Shown here in pieces: positions 22,690-32,811 of a stretch of DNA of 64,000 bases. Source of the stretch: Myxococcota bacterium (GTDB lineage: Bacteria > Myxococcota_A > Polyangia > Nannocystales > Nannocystaceae); the NCBI GenBank assembly GCA_039028615.1, contig JBCCHT010000009.1:64001-128000 (forward strand), read 5' to 3'. The notes under the pieces are model-generated. The model was not told where the DNA came from, did not search any database, and saw only the letters and a list, made by a program, of their open reading frames with translations. The position numbers and the translations under genes are program-made. Every line of letters begins with the position of its first letter. The stretch's first letter is position 1.

Positions 22690-23151
22690 CTATCCGCGGG
22701 CGCGCCATGACAACCACCTCGACATGAAGGCGCGCAGATCGTCCGCGCTCATCAGGCGCAGCTTTCCGAGGCTGCCTTGGCTGGTTTGGGGACGACCACC
22801 GCGAGGCCCGGGGTCGACCCGCTCCCACCGAACCCAGACCGTGCCGTCGCGACGCTCGGCGAAGATGCGGAGCTCGTGCCCCTTGCGGACGCGAAGCCAG
22901 ACGCCTTGAGCGGGCCACACCTCGACCGAGAGTCCGGCCGCGCGTCCTTCGGGCGTCGTGGCGAGATCGAGGGCCACGCGTCCGGCGAGGTCGCGGATGA
23001 AATCGCGAGCGGCGGCAAGCTCGGCCCCGCGCTCCGGGCCGCGGGTTTGGGACGTGGTGTCGTGCGATGGAATCATGGGGGGTACCTCCACGGCGTCGTC
23101 CTCGTCGTCGTCATCGCGACCGCCGTTGGGCATGGGTGGGATACTGAACAT
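22690..23151 (-). CDS. Hypothetical protein
   Basis: 153-aa ORF filling the gap; protein-like C-half; no recognised motif. Confidence 0.5.
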   Translation of the reverse strand: MFSIPPMPNGGRDDDDEDDAVEVPPMIPSHDTTSQTRGPERGAELAAARDFIRDLAGRVALDLATTPEGRAAGLSVEVWPAQGVWLRVRKGHELRIFAERRDGTVWVRWERVDPGPRGGRPQTSQGSLGKLRLMSADDLRAFMSRWLSWRARG

Positions 23152-23421
23152 TTAAACAGTGCCGATCAAGCGGATCTTTCGAGTTTCTGGGCGCGATTCC
23201 GGGCACTTGCGTGCGCGAGCGAAAACGCGCCCGTCGAAACGAGCCGCGGTTGATTCCGCGCTGATGACGCGGCGCCGCGAGGATGAGACGAACGCCGTGC
23301 TCCCATTGTGACGGAGCACGAGCGTCCTTGCTTCCATGGTACGCGCTCGCTCCTGACGGTCGACGTCAGTAGGTCGGATCGAGGCGCAGGTCGTCGAATT
23401 GGCTGCGACGGACCGCAGCGT

Positions 23422-24201
23422 TCAGCGTGGTCCGGGGCGCACGAACACCCATTGGTCGTCGTCGGATAGACCCTCGTCGAAGGCATAGCCGTCCTCGGCG
23501 AAGCGCAGCAATTTCTCCGGGTGGTCGGCCCGTTGGTCGACCATGAAGCGCGCCATCATACCGCGAGCCCGCTTGGCGGAGAAACTGATCACCTTGAGGG
23601 CTTTGCCGCGCCGTTCCTTGAACAGCGGCGTCACGATGCGTGCGCCCAAGCTCGGCAGTCGGGCCGCCCTGGCGTACTCCTGGGAGGCGAGGTTCACCAC
23701 CACCGGCTGGGCGTGCGAGCGCAGCTGCCGGGCGAGGGTGTCGCGGATGCGGTCACCCCAGAACGCGTACAGGTCGTTGCCCCGCGGATTGGACAGGCGT
23801 GTGCCCATTTCCAGACGGTAGGGCTGGATCAGGTCGGCGGGACGCAGCAGCCCGTACAGCCCCGAAAGGATGCGCAGGTGCTCCTGCGCGAAATCGAGGG
23901 CGCCCCGCGACAAGGTCGGTGCGCGTAGTCCCATGTAGACGTCGCCGGCAAAGGCGAGCGCGGCCTGCTTGCGACCTTTGGTCGCGCGGCGGCTGAGTGA
24001 GAAGGCCTGAAATCGCTCGAAGTTGAGCGTCGCCAAAGATTCCGATAGGCCCATGAGCGACTGGAGGTCGTCGGGCTGCAAGGGGCGCACGCTCTCCATG
24101 AGCAGCTCCGTCTCTTTCGCGAGCACGGGACGCGTGCGCGGGAGGTCGGCGGGTGCCGGCTCGAAGTCGAGCTTCTTTGCGGGGGAGAGCAGCGCAAGCA
24201 T
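23422..24201 (-). CDS. yaaA: Peroxide stress protein YaaA
   Basis: LLSPAKKLDF, ILSGLYGLLRPADLIQPYRLEMGT, NLASQEY, AKRARGMMARF. Confidence 0.95.
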   Translation of the reverse strand: MLALLSPAKKLDFEPAPADLPRTRPVLAKETELLMESVRPLQPDDLQSLMGLSESLATLNFERFQAFSLSRRATKGRKQAALAFAGDVYMGLRAPTLSRGALDFAQEHLRILSGLYGLLRPADLIQPYRLEMGTRLSNPRGNDLYAFWGDRIRDTLARQLRSHAQPVVVNLASQEYARAARLPSLGARIVTPLFKERRGKALKVISFSAKRARGMMARFMVDQRADHPEKLLRFAEDGYAFDEGLSDDDQWVFVRPGPR

Positions 24202-24210
24202 CGCGAGACC

Positions 24211-25095
24211 TCACCAGGTGTAGAAGCCCTGACCGGACTTCTTGCCGAGCTTACCCTCGTCGACCATCTGGCGGAGCAGGGCGGGCGGCTCGAAGTGGGC
24301 GCCCATGGGCAGGGCGCGGCTGAGGTAGTCGGCGATGTGCAGTCGCACGTCGAGGCCGACCAGGTCGGTCAGCTTCAGCGGCCCCATCGGGAAGCCGTAG
24401 CCGAGGGTCATCGCCTTGTCGATGTCCTCCGCGCTGCCGACCCCTTGCTCGACCATGCGAATCGCCTCGAGCCCGATGACCAGGCCGAGCCGGCTGGTGG
24501 CGAAGCCGGGGAAGTCCTTGATCGTGATCGTCTCCTTGCCGAGCGTGGCCCCGAAGGCCTTGGTCCGGGCCAGCGCGGCCTCGGAGGTCGTGTCGGCCAC
24601 GATGATCTCCAGCAGCTTCATGATGTGCACCGGGTTGAAAAAGTGGGTCCCGATGACCCGCCCGGGGTTGGGCAGGGGGGCCGCGATCTTCTCGACCGAC
24701 AGCGAGCTGGTGTTGGTGGCGAGGATCGTGTCCTCGGAGACGTGCGGGGCGACCTTGCCGAACAGCTCCTGCTTGAGCTCGAGCTTCTCGGGCACCGCCT
24801 CGATGACGATGTCGGCGCCTGCGACGGCTGCGGCCAGGTCGGATTCGCCCCGGAGCCCAGCGAGCGTCGTTTCCCGTTGCTCGGCGGTGACCTTGCCTCG
24901 GTCGACGCCCTTGTCCAGGTTGGCCTTGACCCGCGACAGGCCGCGCTCGACGAATTCCGCCTTGATGTCGAACAGGCACGTCGAATGGCCGGTCGCAGCG
25001 GCGACTTGGGCGATGCCGTGGCCCATGGTGCCCGCGCCGAGGACCGCAACGGTACGGATGGGGTTGTCGATGGAAGGGGTGCTCGGCGGGGCCAT
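24211..25095 (-). CDS. 3-hydroxyacyl-/3-hydroxybutyryl-CoA dehydrogenase
   Basis: GAGTMGHGIA, IEAVPE, ATNTSSL, HFFNP, PMGPLKLTDLVGLD, GKKSGQGFY. Confidence 0.95.
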   Translation of the reverse strand: MAPPSTPSIDNPIRTVAVLGAGTMGHGIAQVAAATGHSTCLFDIKAEFVERGLSRVKANLDKGVDRGKVTAEQRETTLAGLRGESDLAAAVAGADIVIEAVPEKLELKQELFGKVAPHVSEDTILATNTSSLSVEKIAAPLPNPGRVIGTHFFNPVHIMKLLEIIVADTTSEAALARTKAFGATLGKETITIKDFPGFATSRLGLVIGLEAIRMVEQGVGSAEDIDKAMTLGYGFPMGPLKLTDLVGLDVRLHIADYLSRALPMGAHFEPPALLRQMVDEGKLGKKSGQGFYTW

Positions 25096-25218
25096 GGGGC
25101 GCGTTATGCCACTTTTTGTACGTTCTGGGGACGAGGAAGCGCGCAGGTTCTTCCGCGATCGGCGGCCTATCGCATACCCTCGGGCCGTGCGGGCTCGTTC
25201 CACACCCGGGGGGACGCC

Positions 25219-27075
25219 GTGACCGACGGCGAACGCATCCCCATCGTCCTTTGTTGTGCCGCCGACCGTGAGCTGTCCGTGGCCGCGGTGGCCGACGCGC
25301 TCATGCGGGAAGGTCACGCGCCTCAGGTGCTGCCCGGCGTCGAGGCCGACGAGGCGCTCGTGGCCGAGGCCACCGATCGCCTGCGGGGTGCGGCGCTGTT
25401 CGTGCTGTGCAGCAGCGAGGCGCTCGGACGCGCGGCACTGCGGCGGCTCGAGGGGCTGTTCTCCGCCCGCCGTGGACCGATGCATCGGCTCGTCACCGTG
25501 GACGTGCCCGCGCGGCGCCCGACGACGGTGGTCCCCGAGATCCTCGACGCAGTGGCCGAGCTCAGGCACGGCGCCGTGCAAGAGGAGGAGGACGACGGTC
25601 GCTTCATGCGAGACGTGGTCATTCCGACCTCGGTAGCCGCGGTGCCCACGGCGTCCGATCGCCGCTTGGGTGGCCGCGGAGGCATGCCGGGCGGCATCGA
25701 AGAGCCGCGCGGGATCTCGGGCGAGGCGCTCGGTTTGGGCGAGGACACCGAGATCGTCGATCCGGTGGTGTTTCGTTCTCGCGCGGCGCGACGCGTGCCG
25801 GAGCCGACCGTGCCCGTCGACACGCCGACGCCGATTCCCTCCGCGTCGCCGATGCCGGCCACGGCTCCGACGCCCGACCTGTCGCCGATGCCGGCCGGGT
25901 TCGAGCCCGAGGTGCAGATCGCCACCGATCCCACCACGGGGGAGATGACGGCGGTGCCCGAGAGCGACGGCGTGCCGCTGCCCGTCGCCGAAGATTTTCC
26001 GATGGTCGGAGGCTCGAGCCCCGACGTGGCCGTGCGGGGGGCTCCCGAGGTTCGCAACTGGGACCCGAGCGGCCCGGTGGAGGTCGAGCGCGTGGCGATG
26101 ACCGGTCGCGCCGATCCGCGAGCGGAGACCGACGATCGACCGTTGCCGTCGGCGAGCACGCCGATCGACATCGGGCCCGTTGGAGCGCCGCCCCAGCCCG
26201 CGCCCGAGCAGCCGCGGGGCAGCGCGCTACGGGTCGTTTTGTTGCTCTTCGCCGCCATCGGCATGGCTGGCGTGGTCGGCATGGCGGTGATGCACGGGGC
26301 CAGCCCGCGCGGTGGTGGTGGACGCCATCAATCGGTGCCGCAGCGTGGTCTCCCGCCCGAGAAGGCGGACGGCGAGGGCGAGGCGGGAGCCGAGGCTGCC
26401 GATTCTGCCGCGGCTGCGGCCGCCGACGCGGGTGCAGCCGCCGACGCGGCTTCGGCCGCCGGGGCCGAGCCGGCCCCGGCAGGCTCGTCGGGAGACGCGC
26501 GCGCAGCGGGGAGCACCGCCTCGGAGGCGGCGACCGGCGAGGAGCCCACCAGCGAGGGTGGCGGCTCGACCGGAGGCGACGCGGCGACCGACGACGGCGG
26601 CACCGACGAAGCATCGACGGGTGCGGCGGCAGTCGACGCGCCGCCCAAGGTCGTGCCCGATCCGCCCGCCGCTCCCTCGGGCACCAACGCCCCCATGGTT
26701 CCGCCGCCCCCCTCGGCCTCGCCCACCATCGGTCAGGTCGACGCCACGATCGCGGCGGCGCTCGACGACGGGCGCCTGCAGGAGATCGACGGGCTGCTCG
26801 TGCTCCCGACCGGTGGCGGCACCATGACCTGGGACGAGGCGGCCAATCGCTGCCGTCGCCGCAAGGTCGAGTCCGTCCGCGGCTGGCGACTGCCCTCCAA
26901 GGGGCAGCTGGTCGCCCTGCGCAAAGAGAAGATGCTCGGCGGGGGCAGCTACTGGTCTCGCTCCGTCGTCGGCGGGGACGAGGTCTATGCCATCGACTCG
27001 TCCTCGGGTCGCCTGAACGTGTGGCTGAAGATCGAGCCCAACGCCAAGGCGATCTGCGTGCGCAAGCGCCCCTGA
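25219..27075 (+). CDS. Single-pass membrane protein: TIR-like N-domain, Pro-rich linker, TM, C-terminal Lcl/DUF1566-like domain
   Basis: GTG start after GGGGGA; N-term beta/alpha pattern (IVLCCA...LFVLCSS); TM VVLLLFAAIGMAGVVGMAV; MTWDEAANRC...GWRLPS...YWS. Confidence 0.7.
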   Translation: MTDGERIPIVLCCAADRELSVAAVADALMREGHAPQVLPGVEADEALVAEATDRLRGAALFVLCSSEALGRAALRRLEGLFSARRGPMHRLVTVDVPARRPTTVVPEILDAVAELRHGAVQEEEDDGRFMRDVVIPTSVAAVPTASDRRLGGRGGMPGGIEEPRGISGEALGLGEDTEIVDPVVFRSRAARRVPEPTVPVDTPTPIPSASPMPATAPTPDLSPMPAGFEPEVQIATDPTTGEMTAVPESDGVPLPVAEDFPMVGGSSPDVAVRGAPEVRNWDPSGPVEVERVAMTGRADPRAETDDRPLPSASTPIDIGPVGAPPQPAPEQPRGSALRVVLLLFAAIGMAGVVGMAVMHGASPRGGGGRHQSVPQRGLPPEKADGEGEAGAEAADSAAAAAADAGAAADAASAAGAEPAPAGSSGDARAAGSTASEAATGEEPTSEGGGSTGGDAATDDGGTDEASTGAAAVDAPPKVVPDPPAAPSGTNAPMVPPPPSASPTIGQVDATIAAALDDGRLQEIDGLLVLPTGGGTMTWDEAANRCRRRKVESVRGWRLPSKGQLVALRKEKMLGGGSYWSRSVVGGDEVYAIDSSSGRLNVWLKIEPNAKAICVRKRP

Positions 27076-27115
27076 GAGGCCGTCGTTCAGGGTCGCTCGA
27101 GCCGGGCGCGGTGGG

Positions 27116-28804
27116 TCACCACAGGCGCTCGAGCTCGGCGTCGCGATAGTAGTGGGTCAGGATCTGCTCGTAGTCCTTGCCCTCGCGCGCCATGCCCATC
27201 GCGCCGTGCTGGCATAGGCCCACGCCGTGCCCGTGGCCGCCCCCGACGAGCTGGAATCGCCCGTAGCGGTCGCGCTCGGGGAGCACGATGAACATCGAGC
27301 TCTTCAGGTTGCCCAACGCGCGCCGGATCCGAAGCTCGCCGTGGATCTCGCACTGGCGACGCTTGCCCTCGAGCTTCACGCGAGTCGCCCGACCGCTGCG
27401 TCCGCGGGCGAGGACCGTCATGGCACTGAGCGCGCCCAGGTCGTCGGGAACGCCGGGGCGCCCCTTCAGCTCGCCGGGGTCGATCGTGGCCGTCCAGCGG
27501 TAGCCGGTCTTGCCTGCGTCGTCGTCGGGTCGGCTGTAGCTGCGCGGGGCTTCGCTGAGCCACGCGTCGAGCTGGGTGTCGGTGATGCCCGCGGCGAAGC
27601 GCTTCGGGAGCAGAGGATCCGGCCGACCGCGCAGCTGCGGGTCGGGGACGCTGGGCCACACCTCGTCGTTGTCCTCGGTATGGCCGCCACAGTTGGCCGA
27701 ATAGACCGTATCCACCAGCTGGGTGCCGCCGGGACGCATCAGCACGCGGCCCGCGGTGTCGCGCACGGCCTTGGTGGTGCGCGGGTGCTCCTTGCCCTTG
27801 CCCGCGTAGACCTGACAGTGCTGGTGCGCGCACAACAAGAAGGGGTCGTCGAGGTGGCGGGTGCCGACCTTGCTGACGAGCTGCCCGCGAGCGGCGACGG
27901 CCTGGGCCCGGAGCGCGTGGGTCGGCGCGCTGGCGTAGATCTCTGCGGGCACGAGCCCGGCCAAGACCTCGGTCTCGCTCACCAGGTTCACCACCGCGAG
28001 CTTGCCGTGCCGATCCACCGCGACGTAGACGGTGCCCCAGTACTGTCGGTCGCTGCGACGGCCCTTGCCCATGGTGGTGCCGGACAGCACGTCGTGGACG
28101 GTGATGGGGCCGCCGTCGCGCGGGGCCAGCCACAGCACGCCGTCGGCGTGGACCTTGGTGCCGTGCTCGATGTCCTCGGCCAAGATGCGGCCGTGGCTGC
28201 GCTTGCCCACGAGCGGGTGCAGCTTGCCGACGGCGCCGTGCTCCTGCTTGAGCGCCGACGCGTGCTCGCGCGCCACCGACTCGCTGTCGAACTTGCCCGA
28301 GGTGAGCAGCACGCGTCGGGTATCGAGCACGCGACCCTCGACGCCGAAGACCGTGCCCAGCTCGTGCTCGGTGAGGTCGATGCCGCGGCTTCTCCAGCGC
28401 GTGCTGGCCTGGTCGAGCGCACGCCCGGCCGCGCCGGGGACCGCCTGCACCACCACCGTGTAGCGCTGCTTGGCCGCGTGCCCTTCGGTGAGCCGCAGGG
28501 TGACGCTGTTGCCCGCTTCGATCCGCGTGCCGCCGTCGCCCGAGGGAAGGATGTCGAGGCCCCCGGGCGCGCTCAGTCGCACCTCGCGTTGGCCCTGCAT
28601 CAGCCCCACCGTGATCTGCGGCTCGCCGCGACGGTTGAAGTGGAACTGGTTGCTGTACAGCAGATCGATCCGCGCCGACAGGCTCAGGTCGGAGGCCCCG
28701 GCCCAGCGGGGCGCCCACAGGTGTGTGGCGTTCACGGTGAGCCCGGCACCCAAGCCCTGCAGGAGGCGGCGTCGTGAGCAGCGAGCGGGCGGAATCCGGG
28801 CCAT
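27116..28804 (-). CDS. SpoIID/LytB-domain lytic transglycosylase
   Basis: SRRRLLQ Tat signal; [47 protein letters not shown]. Confidence 0.93.
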   Translation of the reverse strand: MARIPPARCSRRRLLQGLGAGLTVNATHLWAPRWAGASDLSLSARIDLLYSNQFHFNRRGEPQITVGLMQGQREVRLSAPGGLDILPSGDGGTRIEAGNSVTLRLTEGHAAKQRYTVVVQAVPGAAGRALDQASTRWRSRGIDLTEHELGTVFGVEGRVLDTRRVLLTSGKFDSESVAREHASALKQEHGAVGKLHPLVGKRSHGRILAEDIEHGTKVHADGVLWLAPRDGGPITVHDVLSGTTMGKGRRSDRQYWGTVYVAVDRHGKLAVVNLVSETEVLAGLVPAEIYASAPTHALRAQAVAARGQLVSKVGTRHLDDPFLLCAHQHCQVYAGKGKEHPRTTKAVRDTAGRVLMRPGGTQLVDTVYSANCGGHTEDNDEVWPSVPDPQLRGRPDPLLPKRFAAGITDTQLDAWLSEAPRSYSRPDDDAGKTGYRWTATIDPGELKGRPGVPDDLGALSAMTVLARGRSGRATRVKLEGKRRQCEIHGELRIRRALGNLKSSMFIVLPERDRYGRFQLVGGGHGHGVGLCQHGAMGMAREGKDYEQILTHYYRDAELERLW

Positions 28805-28879
28805 GACGCCACATAGGCGCACCTCGTGGACAATCCCAAGTTTTTGGCGGATCGACGTTCCGAACCACGCCGCTGCGGC

Positions 28880-29488
28880 TCAGCGCTCGGACCGAGGCGC
28901 CGGCCACTGCGGCCCACGCAGCGCGAGCCGGGGCCGGTTGCGGGTGATGTACTGGAGGTTCTGCAGGTTGATCACGAAGTGGGCCGCTACCGCGGCGCCG
29001 AGGTTGCCCGTGGCCAGCGTCATCGCGCCGAAGCCCGCGCCCATCACCAGGGCGCTGACCGTCCAGGGCCACAGCGAGAGGCGAGGGGGGATGTGCAGCA
29101 GCGCGAACACGAGGCTGCTGACCCACAGGCCCCAGGCGTCGAGCATGGCCCCGCGAAACAGCAGCTCCTCGGCCAGCGCCGAGGTGGCGGCGAGCAGGAA
29201 CAGCTCGCCCGAGCTGGGGCGCCCGAAGATGGAGGAGAACTCGCGGTGCAGCTCGCCCAGCCAGACCATCCGACCCTGCAGGGCGCGGAAGATCTGCACT
29301 GTGATGAGGCCCACGACCACGCCCACCAGCGGGGTCCAGGCGAGGGTCGGGAGATCTTGGCCGTGGTCGAGCCGCCAGATGTCGTTCGTGTCCTGGCTGA
29401 TGCCGTGCCAGAAGAACGCCACCAGCAGCACACCGCCGTAGAACGTGGCCACGGTTCGGGCGCGCGCCGGGGCTGGCTTCGGCGACAT
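28880..29488 (-). CDS. CPBP/CAAX (Abi) intramembrane metalloprotease
   Basis: EELLFRG, FALLH, AHFVIN motifs. Confidence 0.9.
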   Translation of the reverse strand: MSPKPAPARARTVATFYGGVLLVAFFWHGISQDTNDIWRLDHGQDLPTLAWTPLVGVVVGLITVQIFRALQGRMVWLGELHREFSSIFGRPSSGELFLLAATSALAEELLFRGAMLDAWGLWVSSLVFALLHIPPRLSLWPWTVSALVMGAGFGAMTLATGNLGAAVAAHFVINLQNLQYITRNRPRLALRGPQWPAPRSER

Positions 29489-29552
29489 GGCCTGGTGGGC
29501 CCGCACGGCGCCAGGATACCGCATGGCGTGGGGACGGCCCCGCCAAAACGAG

Positions 29553-29586
29553 CAAGGCCCGAATCGCGGTTGCGACTCGGGCCTTG
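29553..29586 (-). terminator. Hairpin directly 3' of the tRNA (terminator or processing signal)
   Basis: Minus strand CAAGGCCCGAGTCGC-AACC-GCGATTCGGGCCTTG then CTCGTTTT. Confidence 0.6.
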
Positions 29587-29671
29587 GTGCGAAGGGAGGG
29601 ACTCGAACCCTCACAGGTGTTACCCCACCAGATCCTTAGTCTGGCGCGTCTACCAGTTCCGCCACCTTCGC
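29585..29671 (-). tRNA. tRNA-Leu, anticodon AAG (87 nt, encoded CCA)
   Basis: GCGAAGGTGGCGGAACTGGTAGACGCG-CCAGA-CTAAGGA-TCTGG-TGGGGTAACACCTGT-GAGGGTTCGAGTCCCTC-CCTTCGC-ACCA; long variable arm; A73; anticodon at 29635-29637. Confidence 0.95.
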
Positions 29672-29764
29672 GTGGGGACGGGTGAGCTATCACGGCCGCC
29701 CGGTGGACACAACCCCCGGCGGCAAGAATTTGCGCGACAACCGCCGGGGTGAAGAGGGCTCGAT

Positions 29765-31234
29765 CTACTTGTTCAGCTCGAGGGTCTCGCCGACCTGGTG
29801 GAGCTTGAGCAGGTTGACCGAGGTGCCCTTCTTGATGGGGTGGGCGTAGGTGATGACGATCCGGGCGCCCCGCTCGAGGAAGCCACGACGCACGATCGCT
29901 TGGTCGAGGTCGATGAAGATCGTGTCGTCGTCGCCCGACGTCGCGAACAGGATCGGCGTGACGCCCCAATAAAGCGCGAGCGCCTGGTAGGTCGAGGCGT
30001 TCGGCGTGAACGCGTAGATGGGCACCCGCGGTCGGTACTCGGACACGAGCCGCGAGATCCCACCCGAGCCGGTGTACGTGACGATGGCCTTGGTGCCGGT
30101 CCAGCTCCGGGCCGCGCTCACGGCCGCGCGCGCGATGGCGTTGGTGGTGTGGCCGAGCGCGAGATCGTCCTGGCCGCGGTCCCACGAGCGAGGCGCTCGC
30201 TCGGTGCTGCGGATGATCTTGTCCATGGTCTGGACGACGCGGACCGGGTGCACGCCCGTGGCCGTCTCGCCCGAGAGCATCACCGTGTCGCTGCCGTCGA
30301 GCACCGCGTTGGCGACGTCCGAGGCCTCGGCGCGAGTCGGCCGGGAGTTGCGGATCATCGAGTCGAGCATCTGCGTGGCGGTGATGACCAGCTTGCCCCG
30401 GCTATTGGCCGTCTCGATGGCGCGCTTTTGCATGAGCGGCACGAGCTCCGGGCCCATCTCCACCCCGAGGTCACCGCGGGCGACCATGATGCCCTCGGCG
30501 ATCTCGACGATCGCGGCGAGGTTCTCGACGGCCTGAGGCTTCTCGATCTTCGCGACGATGGGGATCGTCCGCTCGTGCTTGCGCATTTGCTCGCGGCAGT
30601 ACTCGATGTCCTCCGGTTGGCGCACAAAGGAAAGTGCGACGGCGTCGACCCCGAGCTTGAGCGCGAACGCGAGATCCGCCTCGTCCTTCTCGGTCATCGC
30701 CGGGATCTGGAGGCTCACACCGGGGAGGTTGATGCCCTTGCGTGAGCTGAGCACGCCACCTTGGTCGACCTTGGTGGTGATGACGCTGCCCTCGGTGCCC
30801 TCGACGATCAGGTCGATGAGGCCGTCGTCGAGCAGGATGTGGTCGCCGGGGCGCACGTCCTCGACCATCTGCTTGTAGTTGGTCGTGACCCGCCAGCCGT
30901 CGTCCAGGGAGGCGGCCTCGGCGTCGGGGCTGACGTCGATCTCGACGCGTTCGTCGGGCTTCAGCGGGAAGCCGTCGCCCGGGATGGTGCCCACGCGGAT
31001 CTTGGGACCTTGGAGGTCGGCCAGGATCGCGACCGCGATACCTCGGCGGCTCGCCTCCTTGCGCACGGTCTTGTAGACGCGCGTGTGATCGTCGTGGCTA
31101 CCGTGCGACAGGTTGAGCCGAGCGGCGTTCATGCCGGCGTCGATGAGCGCGCCGATCACCTCGGGGGTGTTGCTGGCGGGACCCAGGGTGCACAGAATCT
31201 TGCAGTGTCGCGGCAGGGGTGCGGCGCTTGCCAT
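29765..31234 (-). CDS. pyk: Pyruvate kinase
   Basis: [55 protein letters not shown]. Confidence 0.98.
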   Translation of the reverse strand: MASAAPLPRHCKILCTLGPASNTPEVIGALIDAGMNAARLNLSHGSHDDHTRVYKTVRKEASRRGIAVAILADLQGPKIRVGTIPGDGFPLKPDERVEIDVSPDAEAASLDDGWRVTTNYKQMVEDVRPGDHILLDDGLIDLIVEGTEGSVITTKVDQGGVLSSRKGINLPGVSLQIPAMTEKDEADLAFALKLGVDAVALSFVRQPEDIEYCREQMRKHERTIPIVAKIEKPQAVENLAAIVEIAEGIMVARGDLGVEMGPELVPLMQKRAIETANSRGKLVITATQMLDSMIRNSRPTRAEASDVANAVLDGSDTVMLSGETATGVHPVRVVQTMDKIIRSTERAPRSWDRGQDDLALGHTTNAIARAAVSAARSWTGTKAIVTYTGSGGISRLVSEYRPRVPIYAFTPNASTYQALALYWGVTPILFATSGDDDTIFIDLDQAIVRRGFLERGARIVITYAHPIKKGTSVNLLKLHQVGETLELNK

Positions 31235-31517
31235 GACCGAAGCATGGCTTCATCTGGCGCGGCGCGGGAGCCCCCCTCGTCGCTTTGTGAAGACCTACAT
31301 GCAGACCCTGGCCCGTGCGGTCCCTCGCGTGCCGGTGCGGTAACGATAGTGCAGTGTCGTTCACATCTATGTTGCCGCAGTGGACGAACGACACTCGGTA
31401 ATCTTCGTTCCGTGCCAGCGCCGAGAGCGGTCATTGACAAAGGGGTGACTCCCCGCAGAAGATCGGCGACAGCCTGGGTGTGAGCAGCGGAGCTCGGATA
31501 GGGAAGGGAAGGGCTCG

Positions 31518-32711
31518 ATGACGATAAGGGGACATAAGACAGCAATCGCAGCCGCATTTTCATTGTTGGCCGCGTGCGGACAGGTTGACGACACCAGCGG
31601 TGTGCAGCCTGATGATGATGGTGCGGCGGCCGACGACGACGGCTCCGGCTCGGAACCACAAACCACTTCTGCGGAAGGAACCGATCCGGGCGAAGGTACC
31701 GGACCGGCGACTTCCACTAGCGGCAATGCCGAGGCCGGAGGTGGCAGTACCGATGGCGCAAACGACGACAGCAACGACGACGGACCGCCGATCGTGCTCG
31801 ACGTCGGGGGAATTTCCGACGCGGGCAACGGATCTTGCGTCACTCCGCCGGCCGCGAACTGCGATCACCTCGACGACGATCCGTGGCACGCGTTCGGTTT
31901 GAACTGCCCGGGCGGAGCGCAGACGGTCACCGAAGAGATCAACCTCGCCGGTCCGGCGCAGCTTCACGTGCACTCGGGGAACTTGGGCACGCACGTGCCC
32001 GCACCGTTCCCGCCGCAAGAGGGAGACAAGTTCGTCATCCTCTCGAGCGGCAATGCCAGCGAGCTGACCATCCCAGGGTTCTACGCTTCGACGGCCGTCG
32101 GTTTTGGTGGTGGGCCTCTGCCTCCGCCGCTCGACACCGCGCCCGTCTCGGCCACCGACGACTGTGCTTCGGACCCGTCGCTCATCGGCTCGGGTGACTG
32201 CTCGAACACGATCCAGGTGCAGTGGGATCAGGGCGACGGCGAAGCGCACGACTACGCGGAGATGCGCTTCACCGCCGAGGTGCCGCAGGGCACCCCGGGC
32301 TTCGCGTACAACTTCGCGATGTTCTCGACGGAGTACCCGGTCTACTACCAGTCGATGTTCAACGACATGTACATCGCCTGGCTCGAGTCGGAGATCTGGA
32401 CGGGCAACGTGTCGTTCGACGACATGGGCAACCCGATCTCGCTCAACGCGGGCTTCCTCGACTACAAGGACGCGCCGAACGACTTCGACTGTCCGGCTCC
32501 CTGTGCCGCGCCCGAGCTGGCCGGTACCGCGATGGAAGGCCACGCAGGTACGCGCTGGCTGACCACCAGCGCGGGCGTCGTGCCCGGCGAGACCATGGAA
32601 CTCGTGCTCGCGGTGTTCGACCTCTCGGACGGCATCCTCGACACGGTGATCATCCTGGATAACTTCCACTGGGCCTGCGTCGGCGGACCCCCGGTGACCA
32701 TCCCCGGCTGA
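31518..32711 (+). CDS. Choice-of-anchor L-like domain lipoprotein
   Basis: Lipobox LLAAC; VILSSG, FSTEYPVY..SMFND, FDLSDGILDTVIILDNF. Confidence 0.8.
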   Translation: MTIRGHKTAIAAAFSLLAACGQVDDTSGVQPDDDGAAADDDGSGSEPQTTSAEGTDPGEGTGPATSTSGNAEAGGGSTDGANDDSNDDGPPIVLDVGGISDAGNGSCVTPPAANCDHLDDDPWHAFGLNCPGGAQTVTEEINLAGPAQLHVHSGNLGTHVPAPFPPQEGDKFVILSSGNASELTIPGFYASTAVGFGGGPLPPPLDTAPVSATDDCASDPSLIGSGDCSNTIQVQWDQGDGEAHDYAEMRFTAEVPQGTPGFAYNFAMFSTEYPVYYQSMFNDMYIAWLESEIWTGNVSFDDMGNPISLNAGFLDYKDAPNDFDCPAPCAAPELAGTAMEGHAGTRWLTTSAGVVPGETMELVLAVFDLSDGILDTVIILDNFHWACVGGPPVTIPG

Positions 32712-32730
32712 TCGTCGCCACTACGAGAAC

Positions 32731-32769
32731 AAAGAGCGGAGCGCCCACGGGCCTCCGCTCTTTTTCTTT
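32731..32769 (+). terminator. Intrinsic terminator (possibly bidirectional)
   Basis: AAAGAGCGGAG...CTCCGCTCTTTTTCTTT between convergent genes. Confidence 0.8.
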
Positions 32770-32811
32770 GCCCGGGCTATGGGTCTCGGGCGAAACGCCC
32801 GGTGAGGCGGC

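Noticed and set aside
29585..29671. tRNA as an integration site for an island or prophage
   Set aside because: No integrase nearby and no duplicated tRNA 3' end seen in the window.
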